A stretch of 64,000 nt of DNA, taken from the NCBI GenBank assembly GCA_048887225.1, contig JBHLJY010000004.1, positions 160,001-224,000 on the forward strand, in the 5' to 3' direction. This document shows positions 1 to 9,315 of this stretch, piece by piece. The DNA comes from Candidatus Hodarchaeota archaeon. GTDB taxonomy: Archaea > Asgardarchaeota > Lokiarchaeia > Sigyniarchaeales > SOKP01. The position numbers and the translations under genes were made by a program. Below the pieces are notes generated by a model. The model did no database searches. It worked only from the letters and a program-made list of their open reading frames with translations, and was not told the origin of the DNA. The stretch's first letter is position 1. Each line of letters begins with the position of its first letter.

Positions 1-530
1 ACATGGCAAAATGGTTCTATTTTTTCTATTAAACATTTAAAAATTGCACCTCTTTTTTCTTTGCTGTCAATATCATAAATAGAAGTATAAAATACTCCAT
101 CTATATCATATTTTTTAATCAATTTATTAATCTCATCATCAGAAACTTCCCGATGATGTAAATCCATTTTTGTTCCTATTAAAATAATAGGTATTTTTAC
201 TTCAATACCTTTTTTATTATGTCTGAAAACATTAATCCAGAATGGTATCTCGAAAAGGGAATCTCGATCATTCACATCAAAACAGATAAATGCACCTGCC
301 GCACCCCTACAAAAGATAGGATATAAAAAGTTGAATCTTTCTTTCACCTTTAAATCCCAAACTATAAATTTATAAGAGTCTCCTTCATTTATTACGCATT
401 CTATTGGTTTAAAAGAGACGCCTAAATGATTAAATTCGGGATCTGCTTGAGCCTTCCCAAGCAAAAATGAAGTTTTCCCAGACCTAGACGAACCTCCGAC
501 CACGATTTTTAATTTGTACGATCTGGGCAT
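1..530 (-). CDS. Divergent Ras/Rab-like small GTPase (runs off the left edge; absent from the ORF track)
   Basis: Manual translation from ATG at 530: MPRSYKLKIVVGGSSRSGKTS...FIVWDLKVKERF...IILIGTKMD. G1 and G4 are recognisable, G3 lacks Gly/Gln. Frame is open to the window edge. Confidence 0.8.
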   Translation of the reverse strand, partial: MPRSYKLKIVVGGSSRSGKTSFLLGKAQADPEFNHLGVSFKPIECVINEGDSYKFIVWDLKVKERFNFLYPIFCRGAAGAFICFDVNDRDSLFEIPFWINVFRHNKKGIEVKIPIILIGTKMDLHHREVSDDEINKLIKKYDIDGVFYTSIYDIDSKEKRGAIFKCLIEKIEPFCH

Positions 531-713
531 TTTTTTGGAGTGCCTCCTATCCCTAAAAATATAAGATTTATATCAAATTTTGCAAGAAAATACTAGTTAA
601 AAAATTTATCTTATCCTTTTTGTGTCAAATATATAATTGAATCGATTCAATTTAAAAATATTTTATTTACATTTTTTTACATTTATCGCAAAGATATAAA
701 TTATTTATACTTT

Positions 714-1094
714 CTATTTGACTTCATATAAGTTTCCAAACGAATCTTTAACAAATAAATAATATCCCTCGCTTTCTTTTCGGGGGACCTTTATCGTTGT
801 ATATCCCATTGATGATGATATCTTCACGAATTCATCGCGATTATCGACTGTTAAGCATGAGTGAGTAAAATTATCAATAGATTTACTATTATCGTTTGTT
901 ATAATCACCTCTACTCCTATATTATCGTTTTGGTATCTTAAAAAAACAAACTCTTTATTTATACTAAAGAATTTTTCCATTAATTCTGCTGATACTGAGA
1001 AAGTTTTAATCTTTTTTAATCCTAATAACTCAGTAAAAAATCTATCGCTATCTTCAATCGAATTTGAAGCGACTGCTATATGTTCAATTTTCAT
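714..1094 (-). CDS. VOC/glyoxalase family protein
   Basis: N-terminal IEHIAV...FFTELLGL and C-terminal FVKDSFGNLYEV motifs. Confidence 0.8.
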   Translation of the reverse strand: MKIEHIAVASNSIEDSDRFFTELLGLKKIKTFSVSAELMEKFFSINKEFVFLRYQNDNIGVEVIITNDNSKSIDNFTHSCLTVDNRDEFVKISSSMGYTTIKVPRKESEGYYLFVKDSFGNLYEVK

Positions 1095-1281
1095 TTTTTC
1101 CTAAAACACCTATTAGTTTTCTAAATTAAGTTAATAAATATGATTGAAAATATGAATTTTTTAATTATGATAATAGATCAACGATTTCCAAAAAGAAATT
1201 GATTTATTACAATTATAAAAATTTTTAATCTTTCAACAATTTAGAAAAAAAACCCTCCTTATATTGTAAGGTGATTAAATT

Positions 1282-2391
1282 ATTAGTCTAAACAAAGAAA
1301 TTGAAAAAATGTTAATTGAGCGTGGAGCAATAAGAGTTGGATTTGCAACGCTTGAAACCATGGCTGGAGGACCGCCTGGAGCCGATATTACTTATTTACT
1401 TCCAGAAGCTCAATCCGCAATTGGGTTTGCAATTCCCATGGATAAGGATTTAATTCGTCCTCATTTAGGAAAAGAACTTCCAAATGGTCGTGCCGATCAC
1501 GAGGAGGACAACATCGCTACTAATATTAGAGCATGGCATCTAGCTAAAGATATTAGAGATTTTTTAATTAAAAAGGATTATAAAGCAATAAGTGTTATTC
1601 CTAATAACCATTATAGAGAAGATTATCCTGGATGGCAAGCATCATTGCCTCCCGAACTTTCATTAAGATATCTCGCTGTCCGTTCTGGAATTGCTTCTTT
1701 TGGTTGGTCGGGTAATGTTGGAATAAAAGGTTATGGTACACCTATAATTTTAGGGGGAATAGTTACTGACGCCAAATTACAGCCAACTGATCCACTTCCT
1801 CCCGAAGAATCGTTTTGTAACAAATGTAAACTCTGTACTAAAGTGTGTGGCTTTCAAATGTTTTCTGACAATGAAGAAACCTCCATTACTCTCGGTGGAT
1901 ATACTTTTAAATACGCAAAAAGGATTAATAAACTAAGATGTGTACTTGTATGTGGGGGGTGTACTGGGTTACACAAATCAGGAAAATTTTCGACCTGGAG
2001 TCCTGGTCGATATGATTATCCAGAAGATAAGTTTGAAGTATCCCGTCTTATGACTCTTGCCATGACAGCTCAGAAAAAAAGGCCAATAATTAAAGATCAT
2101 TCGAAGGGATATGTTCCAGCATCTTATGGCGGGAAGGGAGTAGTACAGCTCACCTGCGGAAATTGCCAGCTAATTTGTTGGGGTGATCCTAAGGAAACTG
2201 CAAAGAATTATAAGATACTGGTTAACTCTGGATGCGTAATCCAGAAAGAGGATGGAGAGCTCATCGTCCTCCCTCCTGAAAAAGCTAAAATTGAATTTGA
2301 AAAAATGGCTCCAAAACGCAAGCGTTTGTATTATAAGGATTACAAGAAAAGTGTAAGGAGAAAAGCAGAAATTGTGCAATTGATGCCTTAA
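1282..2391 (+). CDS. Epoxyqueuosine reductase/reductive dehalogenase-like cobalamin 4Fe-4S protein (probable ATT start at 1282; first ATG at 1309)
   Basis: LSLRYLAVRSGIASFGWSG, IVTDAKLQPTDP, CNKCKLCTKVC and CGNCQLIC motifs. SD-like AGGTGA at 1269-1274 precedes the ATT. Confidence 0.75.
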   Translation: MSLNKEIEKMLIERGAIRVGFATLETMAGGPPGADITYLLPEAQSAIGFAIPMDKDLIRPHLGKELPNGRADHEEDNIATNIRAWHLAKDIRDFLIKKDYKAISVIPNNHYREDYPGWQASLPPELSLRYLAVRSGIASFGWSGNVGIKGYGTPIILGGIVTDAKLQPTDPLPPEESFCNKCKLCTKVCGFQMFSDNEETSITLGGYTFKYAKRINKLRCVLVCGGCTGLHKSGKFSTWSPGRYDYPEDKFEVSRLMTLAMTAQKKRPIIKDHSKGYVPASYGGKGVVQLTCGNCQLICWGDPKETAKNYKILVNSGCVIQKEDGELIVLPPEKAKIEFEKMAPKRKRLYYKDYKKSVRRKAEIVQLMP

Positions 2392-2432
2392 AATAATAAA
2401 AAATTTCAAGCATTAGAAAATCGATTTCCTTG

Positions 2433-3551
2433 TTAGATACTTCGATTTTCTCTAAAAATTTTACTCATTAGTTCTAATGGATTTTCACAAATTAGTGATC
2501 GCTCGGTTCTATGTAGTTTTATAGCTTCAGTAGGACATGCTACAGCACAAATACCGCAACCATAGCATTTATTTTGGTCTACAAAAGATTTTTCATTATG
2601 AATTTTAATGGCATTAAAAGGACATCTCTTCATACAAAGTCCGCATCCTTTGCATAAATCTTGGTTGACTTGAGATATGTAGTTGGATTTGGCTGTGCAA
2701 AATTCGTTTTTTTCCTCAAAGCGAGTCATACCTCTTAATATAGCGCAACAACAATCACAACAACAACAAACAACTACATGATTGGGATTTTTAATATTTT
2801 CTGTTGTAAAAACTAAACCTAATTTTGCATATTTGTCTACTAATTTGTGTGCTTCTTCACGCGATATTTCCTTTCCTTCACCTCTCCTGAGAAAATATTT
2901 TCCGAATAATCCTAACTGAAAGCAAGATTCATGTATGGGATATTTATCTTTACATTCTCTAATTCCTAAAATTTCCAACCGATTTCTACAAGGGCAATCA
3001 GTAATCACAATTGGAAGCATGCAATCTTCAATTATTCCATGAATTTCCTCCACATTTGAAATTTCAGACTGATGATCAACTGATTTATCTATTGGAATTA
3101 TTCTCGTTAGCGGAGTCCCAGCATCTGAAGATTCATATCGTTTGTAATATTTTTCTTTAATGAAAAATTGTTGATATAATTCTGCTCCTTTTTTTCCAAG
3201 TCTCTCTAATGCCTTTGAATATTTAAATCCAATATTAAAAAGATGTGCTACAGCTATAAAATATGAATAACCGCCAATATCTTGAATAGCTCCATTTTCA
3301 GTCATATCTTCTAGGATTTTTTTGGTTTCCCTTCTATCTTTGCCAATACGCTTGGCAATTTGACCTACTGACAGAGGTCTAACCTCTAAATGTTGAGCTA
3401 CTTTTGCTTCTTCTGGAGTGAATAAAAGTTTTATATATTCTCTAAAGGCGTCTGAAATTTTTCCTTCCGTTATCGGAATATCGTTTGGATATTCCCTCAT
3501 TTTTTCTAATATTACTTCATATGGATCTCTAGCTTCCGTTGAGTTCATCAA
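2433..3551 (-). CDS. 4Fe-4S dicluster-domain protein with N-terminal HTH-like region and Cys-rich middle domain
   Basis: CPCR, CCCCDCCC, CKGCGLCMKRCP and CYGCGICAVACP motifs. Confidence 0.8.
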   Translation of the reverse strand: MMNSTEARDPYEVILEKMREYPNDIPITEGKISDAFREYIKLLFTPEEAKVAQHLEVRPLSVGQIAKRIGKDRRETKKILEDMTENGAIQDIGGYSYFIAVAHLFNIGFKYSKALERLGKKGAELYQQFFIKEKYYKRYESSDAGTPLTRIIPIDKSVDHQSEISNVEEIHGIIEDCMLPIVITDCPCRNRLEILGIRECKDKYPIHESCFQLGLFGKYFLRRGEGKEISREEAHKLVDKYAKLGLVFTTENIKNPNHVVVCCCCDCCCAILRGMTRFEEKNEFCTAKSNYISQVNQDLCKGCGLCMKRCPFNAIKIHNEKSFVDQNKCYGCGICAVACPTEAIKLHRTERSLICENPLELMSKIFRENRSI

Positions 3552-3600
3552 TTATCATTTTTTAATATTTTTTCATTTTTAATAATTTTTTTATTATAAT

Positions 3601-4407
3601 TTATATTGGTGGTTTATCTTCCTCTTGTTTAATTAGCCCTAATAAGTAAGGAATTGCTAAGAAAGGCATATAAATGAGAGCAATCTCAACTAAAGCATTA
3701 TAAAAGATTACCATAAACTCTATAATTGGAGGTGCTCTTCGCAAATTAGAATAGGTTCCGTCGGGATTTTTTGTACCAATTTCGACCCATCTTTGACCTG
3801 ATAACCAATATAGAAGATACCATATGCACCCTAAAACAAACATTACTAAAAACATATATAATCCTCTTTTTCTAGATTCTTTATCTGTTTTCATTATCCA
3901 GTATATGGCAGGAGAAACAAGTGGAATTATTAGCAATTCCCAGATAGGAAAAACTTCTCTTCGAGATGGTACATCCCCTCCAACATTAGGAATATAAATT
4001 CCATGACTAAACATTACTAAAGTTATCGCAACTACAACAATCGCTAATGTAATTAAGCTATAAATTCTTGTTTCTTTAACTATATACAAATCAGTTATAA
4101 ACAAGCCGATAATACCAACAGTTACCCCTTCAGATAAACCTTGTAAGGGAATTGAAAGCCACAAAGGAATTTTCATTCCAAAAAGATATCGATTCGGCAT
4201 ATCTCGAATTCCCGTAAGTTGTAGTGCTAATTCAACTGAGCTCCAAAAAATAAAACCTGTTAAAAAAACCCAAAAATAATCTTTCCTCTCTTTCCATTTC
4301 CAATCTGTAATACAAATGCATACTGCGGCAATCGCAAATAATAATTTGAAATCCCATTCTTCACCCCAAAAACCGCCCCTTGTGATAAATATACTTTCAA
4401 ATAGCAT
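3601..4407 (-). CDS. Hypothetical multi-pass membrane protein
   Basis: About 7 hydrophobic segments in 268 aa. Confidence 0.7.
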   Translation of the reverse strand: MLFESIFITRGGFWGEEWDFKLLFAIAAVCICITDWKWKERKDYFWVFLTGFIFWSSVELALQLTGIRDMPNRYLFGMKIPLWLSIPLQGLSEGVTVGIIGLFITDLYIVKETRIYSLITLAIVVVAITLVMFSHGIYIPNVGGDVPSRREVFPIWELLIIPLVSPAIYWIMKTDKESRKRGLYMFLVMFVLGCIWYLLYWLSGQRWVEIGTKNPDGTYSNLRRAPPIIEFMVIFYNALVEIALIYMPFLAIPYLLGLIKQEEDKPPI

Positions 4408-4479
4408 TTTTATTATTATTTTATAGTTAATTTATAAAAACATTGGATATTTATATAGTAATTAATAAAAATTTATTGG

Positions 4480-5403
4480 ATGAAGATAATGACGAAGAAT
4501 CAGAATTTAACAAGGGATGTTAAGGAATTTTTGCTTGAAAAAGGAGCGGATCGTGTGGGAATTGCCTCAATTTCCCGATTTGCTGAATGTCCTGAGGAAA
4601 CACATCCTCAACACTATATACCTGATGCTACTTGTGTTATCTCCTATGGAATTAAAATTATTGATGAAATATGCGATATTTGGGGGGAACATAATCAATC
4701 TCATAAAAGTGCAGCTCCATATCTATATTATGGGTATGGATTAGTAAATTGGGAACTTTCTCGGATAGGACACCTTACAGCAAAACGGATTTTAGAATTT
4801 CATGGTTATAAAGCTCTTATGTTTCCTCCAACCTTCGTTTTAGGGCAATATAGATTTCTTCATAGAATTGTGGAAGAAGATCCTATTTTTTTAGCAGATT
4901 TTTCCCATCGTCACGCAGCGGTGGCAGCTGGTCTTGGTGAATTTGGATTGAGTGGATTAGTTTTAGTACCAAAGTATGGTTCTCGAATACGTTTTAATTC
5001 AATTATAACCAATGCACCATTGGTGGCAGATCCGATGTATAACGGACCAAAATTGTGCCAACCTGAAAAATGCAATCATAAATGTGTATGTGATTGTCCA
5101 ACGGAAGCGTTGACTCTCGATGAGACCTTCACAGTGAAAATTGGTGAAAATTTATATAAATATTGTAAAGCAGAAAAAATGCGATGTAATATGGCTGTTT
5201 TTGGCTTAGTGGGAGGCACAGGTGCTAGAACGAGGAGAAAATTACCCAAACGAGCAAAAAAGAAAATCACGATTGATGATTTCTTTAAAGCACGCCAAAG
5301 GCAGAATGCATTTGATAAATTTTTCATAAATGAACGTCCTCTCGTAATGGGGGATTTTTGTGGAAAATGCCTTCATGGCTGTATTTCCCACAAATTATTA
5401 TGA
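4480..5403 (+). CDS. Epoxyqueuosine reductase/reductive dehalogenase-like cobalamin 4Fe-4S protein
   Basis: GADRVGIA, FSHRHAAVAAGLGEFGLSG, YGSRIRFNSIITNAPL, C..CNHKCVCDCP and CGKCLHGC motifs. Confidence 0.8.
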   Translation: MKIMTKNQNLTRDVKEFLLEKGADRVGIASISRFAECPEETHPQHYIPDATCVISYGIKIIDEICDIWGEHNQSHKSAAPYLYYGYGLVNWELSRIGHLTAKRILEFHGYKALMFPPTFVLGQYRFLHRIVEEDPIFLADFSHRHAAVAAGLGEFGLSGLVLVPKYGSRIRFNSIITNAPLVADPMYNGPKLCQPEKCNHKCVCDCPTEALTLDETFTVKIGENLYKYCKAEKMRCNMAVFGLVGGTGARTRRKLPKRAKKKITIDDFFKARQRQNAFDKFFINERPLVMGDFCGKCLHGCISHKLL

Positions 5404-5516
5404 TTAAACTTAATTAAATCTGAAAATTAGAGAAAAATTTCCCAAAAATTATTATTGTATTGAACAATATAGTTCAATTATAATTTTATTTATAAATTAT
5501 TTAATTAAAGAAATAC

Positions 5517-6707
5517 ATGTCAGATTACTATTCCAAATTAGTTGAATTAGAGAAGTACCATCATACTAAGTTATTTCCAAAACGAGATTACGTCATAACA
5601 AAAGGAAAAGGTGCCCTTCTTTATGACGAGAAGGGAAACGAATATATTGACTGTATTGGGGGGCATGGTGTATTGAATATAGGTCATAGCCATCCAAAAT
5701 ATATTGAGGCTATGAAACAACAACTTGAAAAGATAGCAATGATACCCCCAGGATTTCCAGTAGAAGAGAGAGCTAAGTTACTCCAAAAATTAGCAGATAT
5801 CACTCCAAAAAATCTAACGCAAACTTTTCTCTCAAATAGCGGTACTGAATCAGTTGAAGCAGCTATTAAATTAGTATTAGCTAATAATAGAGAAAAAAAA
5901 ACCCCAGAGGTTATAGCCTTTAAAAGAGGTTTTCATGGTCGAACGTTAGGTTCTTTATCAATGACGCATAATATGAAGTACAGAAAAGCTTTCTTATCTT
6001 GGTTATCCCCTTACATTAAATACGCATCATATGGCAATATTGATTCTGTAAAAGAATCAGTTAACGAAAATACTGTGGCAATATTCTGTGAATTAATTCA
6101 AGGTGAAGGAGGAGTACATCCCGCTCCAGAAGATTTTCCTAAGGAATTGAGAGAGTTATGTTATGAAAAAGATTTAATTTTAGTTGATGACGAGGTGCAG
6201 ACTGGATTTGGAAGAACCGGGAAAATGTTTGCTTTTGAACATTATAGTATTATTCCAGATGTTATATGTATGGCTAAAGCTCTTGCGGGGGGATTACCAA
6301 TTGGAGCAACCATAGCTTCCGAAGACTTATATAATAAATTTGATATCGGAGAACATAATACGACTTTTGGTGGAAATCCTTTAGTATGTGCAGCTGCAAA
6401 TGCAACATTAAATATAATAAGAGAAGAAAATCTTATAGATAACGCAGCCAAACAAGGAAAGAAAATAATATCTGATATTAGTGAATTTTCAAAAGAGTGT
6501 GAGATTATTAGAGATGTAAGGGGCAAAGGATTAATAATTGGAGTTGAGTATAGGAAAAAAGTTAAAGATTTAATTAAAGATGCTGAAAATAAGCGGGTAT
6601 TGTTTTTGAATGCAGGTCTGACAGTAATTCGACTTCTTCCACCACTTGTTATTACCGATAGCCAAGTAGAAAAAGTAATAGAAGTTATTCATAAAATTTC
6701 AGAGTAA
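5517..6707 (+). CDS. Class III PLP aminotransferase, ArgD/LysJ-like
   Basis: NSGTESVEAAIK, FHGRTLG, ELIQGEGG, DEVQTGFGRTG, MAKALAGG and TTFGGNP motifs. Confidence 0.9.
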   Translation: MSDYYSKLVELEKYHHTKLFPKRDYVITKGKGALLYDEKGNEYIDCIGGHGVLNIGHSHPKYIEAMKQQLEKIAMIPPGFPVEERAKLLQKLADITPKNLTQTFLSNSGTESVEAAIKLVLANNREKKTPEVIAFKRGFHGRTLGSLSMTHNMKYRKAFLSWLSPYIKYASYGNIDSVKESVNENTVAIFCELIQGEGGVHPAPEDFPKELRELCYEKDLILVDDEVQTGFGRTGKMFAFEHYSIIPDVICMAKALAGGLPIGATIASEDLYNKFDIGEHNTTFGGNPLVCAAANATLNIIREENLIDNAAKQGKKIISDISEFSKECEIIRDVRGKGLIIGVEYRKKVKDLIKDAENKRVLFLNAGLTVIRLLPPLVITDSQVEKVIEVIHKISE

Positions 6708-6754
6708 TCTGTAGGATATATTAATTTTAGAGTTAATACTAAGGTGTTTTAAAA

Positions 6755-7624
6755 ATTACCTCAGTAAGCGAAAAAGAATTTTTAAATAAACTCTTAGAAG
6801 TAGTCGCCAAACTCTCAAGTATAGCAAGAGCCCAAGGATCTCGTTTTGAAAAATTATGGGACGATTATTTAAAACCTATTAACGAAAATCCTCACAAAAT
6901 CCGTAATATACCTCTAGACAAAAAGAAATTTATTGAAGACATCAATTATAGAATTGGTATTCTGAAAATCGTAGAACAGTCTATGGTTGACGGATTTTAT
7001 TGCATTAAATCTCTATTAGAAACATTATACAATTCATATTTGAATGATTCAGAATTATTTAATAAGGATTTTAAAAAAGAAGATCAATTAATCCTCAAAT
7101 ATATGATAGCTAGAGAAATTTTAGGAAATCTAGTTCAGTATAATAGAATGGAACATGAAACTGTTCCAATAAAATACAATATTATGGCACGAAATTACTT
7201 ATTATTAAAACTTCAAGGACAAAAAGATACTGAAATTCTTGAAAACATGAAAAAATTAAACATCGATATTGATTTGGCAAATATACAAAATATCATGAAT
7301 GAGATTGAAGTAGAGGGTCTAATAAGTAAATCACTAGAAGGTGAAAATTATTATTATAGTTTAAGGAAAGAATTAGAATTAAGCGAAGATGGTACAGAGC
7401 AATATGATCTTCACTTATATCCTTTAATTGCTTGGCCCACGCAATTTTGGAGAAGTTATTATAATATCAGGGAATTAAACGTTACTATAGACGAAAATAT
7501 TAAGTATCGTGATTTCCTTCATAAAGTTTTGTCCAAATCAGCTACTCAAGGATTCGGTTCTGCTAATTTTGTGTTTAAAAATTTAGTGAAGTATTACGAA
7601 AAGATTAAGGAAGAGGGGACTTAG
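6755..7624 (+). CDS. Hypothetical protein, possibly with a winged helix (probable ATT start at 6755; ORF track starts at 6983)
   Basis: Frame is open from the stop at 6740-6742. SD-like AAGGTG (6741-6746) precedes ATT at 6755. The 76 upstream codons look protein-like. Confidence 0.65.
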   Translation: MTSVSEKEFLNKLLEVVAKLSSIARAQGSRFEKLWDDYLKPINENPHKIRNIPLDKKKFIEDINYRIGILKIVEQSMVDGFYCIKSLLETLYNSYLNDSELFNKDFKKEDQLILKYMIAREILGNLVQYNRMEHETVPIKYNIMARNYLLLKLQGQKDTEILENMKKLNIDIDLANIQNIMNEIEVEGLISKSLEGENYYYSLRKELELSEDGTEQYDLHLYPLIAWPTQFWRSYYNIRELNVTIDENIKYRDFLHKVLSKSATQGFGSANFVFKNLVKYYEKIKEEGT

Positions 7625-8526
7625 AACTCCTTTGTCTTTTTTAATGGAATGTCGAATTCTTCTAATAAAGGAATAAGATGCTGTTTATCAGCAGAGTTAG
7701 TGCCTTTCCAGTCGATAATAAAGCAATCAATGGATTCTAAATTATTAGATATCATCATCTGAATCATTTCTTTATTTAACTCTTGAATATAATACTTAGG
7801 GCAGATAAATGATACTGCTACGTTTTTAAGAGTTATGAGTTTTCTGAATTGAGGGGCATAATGAGTACCGCCAAAACCAATACCAATCTCGGGGAACTTT
7901 CTCTTTTGTGCCTCGGTATATTCTAAGCATGTTTGAAGAATCGCATGAGCTACCACTTGACCTGCTTTTTCAATCTCCCATTCTGCCTCATGACTCCCTA
8001 ACTCCATAAATATTAATGGTTTTTCTAAAGTTGTTGGACCATGATGAGTTACTTCGATATCTAAGGAAAAATCTGTCATTTCTTTAACGTAAATCTGCTC
8101 TTGTAAGGATATATAAGAAGCTTTTAGTAAAATAGCACTTGTTTTACATAATTCGTAAGGATTTCCTCCAAAATCTGCATTGGCTCCCCAGTTTCCCGTT
8201 GTATGAGTCAAAAAAGCGGGTCTGGCAGCTTCAGACCGATGACGACTGGCAAAAATTAGTAAATCAGGGTTAATTATTGTGTCTTCTAACTTTAAATCAT
8301 TGAATTGGATTAAAGGATCATCAGTTAAGCCAATAAATATTTGATTTTCAGAGAAAAAAGGATTCCAATCCCTTTTGGAGATAACTATTTCTAATTCCAA
8401 TAATGGATGTTCATGCCATTTTGTACCGACTTCCTTGAACTTAAAAAGATTATCTCCTATAAAATTTTCTCGAATATTCATAGAGGCCTTGTCTTCAGTA
8501 GAAGTTATTATTAAAAATTGTGTCAA
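7621..8526 (-). CDS. dtdA: Archaeal D-aminoacyl-tRNA deacylase
   Basis: FASRHRS, THTTGN, EVTHHGPT, FMELGS and GFGGTHYAPQF motifs. Confidence 0.9.
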   Translation of the reverse strand: MTQFLIITSTEDKASMNIRENFIGDNLFKFKEVGTKWHEHPLLELEIVISKRDWNPFFSENQIFIGLTDDPLIQFNDLKLEDTIINPDLLIFASRHRSEAARPAFLTHTTGNWGANADFGGNPYELCKTSAILLKASYISLQEQIYVKEMTDFSLDIEVTHHGPTTLEKPLIFMELGSHEAEWEIEKAGQVVAHAILQTCLEYTEAQKRKFPEIGIGFGGTHYAPQFRKLITLKNVAVSFICPKYYIQELNKEMIQMMISNNLESIDCFIIDWKGTNSADKQHLIPLLEEFDIPLKKTKEF

Positions 8527-8760
8527 ATATACGTCACCGAAAACTTGTATTTCTTTAATTAAATAATTTCTCTTCTAATACACAAAAAAGATATATACCT
8601 TACAATTATTATCCTCATTTTAAAAATTTTTACAAGTTTAATATAAATTTAAAAAACAATATTTTTATATAATATTAAAAAATAAAGCCCTAATTTTTTT
8701 TAAAAGTATTCTATAAAAAGATTCTTTTAAACAGAATTAAATAGATTAAAGGAGAAATAA

Positions 8761-9153
8761 TTGGCCAAAATTATTCAAGACCTCTGGATTTTAACACAAA
8801 CTGGTACCGTTGTGTTTAAACGAGTTTTTAATGCAAAAGTTGACGCTCAATTATTTGGAGGGCTTATGAGTGCGTTAACAATTTTTGCAAACGAACTTAC
8901 GAGTGGTGGTCTTAGTAATTTTGAATTAAGTTCTATAAAATTTACTATTTTTAAAAGCAAGGATTTCTTATTTGTCATTAATACGACAAAAAAATATAAA
9001 GAAAAACAACTTCAAAAAGAATTGGATAAATTAGCTGAGAAATTTTTTGATAAATATCCTTTAAATTGGTTCAACTCTAGATGGGATGGCGATATTACTA
9101 TATTCGATGATTTTGAAAAAGATATCGAAGACGTATTGCAACCAATCAAATAA
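8761..9153 (+). CDS. Longin-like domain protein (Asgard eukaryotic-signature family)
   Basis: LWILTQTGTVVF, QLFGGLMSALTIFANEL and WDGDITIFDDF pattern; 130 aa. Confidence 0.65.
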   Translation: MAKIIQDLWILTQTGTVVFKRVFNAKVDAQLFGGLMSALTIFANELTSGGLSNFELSSIKFTIFKSKDFLFVINTTKKYKEKQLQKELDKLAEKFFDKYPLNWFNSRWDGDITIFDDFEKDIEDVLQPIK

Positions 9154-9315
9154 AGAAAAACATTAATAGATCTTTTTCTTAATTCTTAAATTCCGACTTT
9201 TTACATTTAGTTATTTTAAAAAAACAAATTTTTAATTTATCTAATATAATCCTTAACATACTTATTTAAAATGTTCAAAAGAAAAAAATAAGAAAAATAA
9301 ATTGGAGAATTCAAA

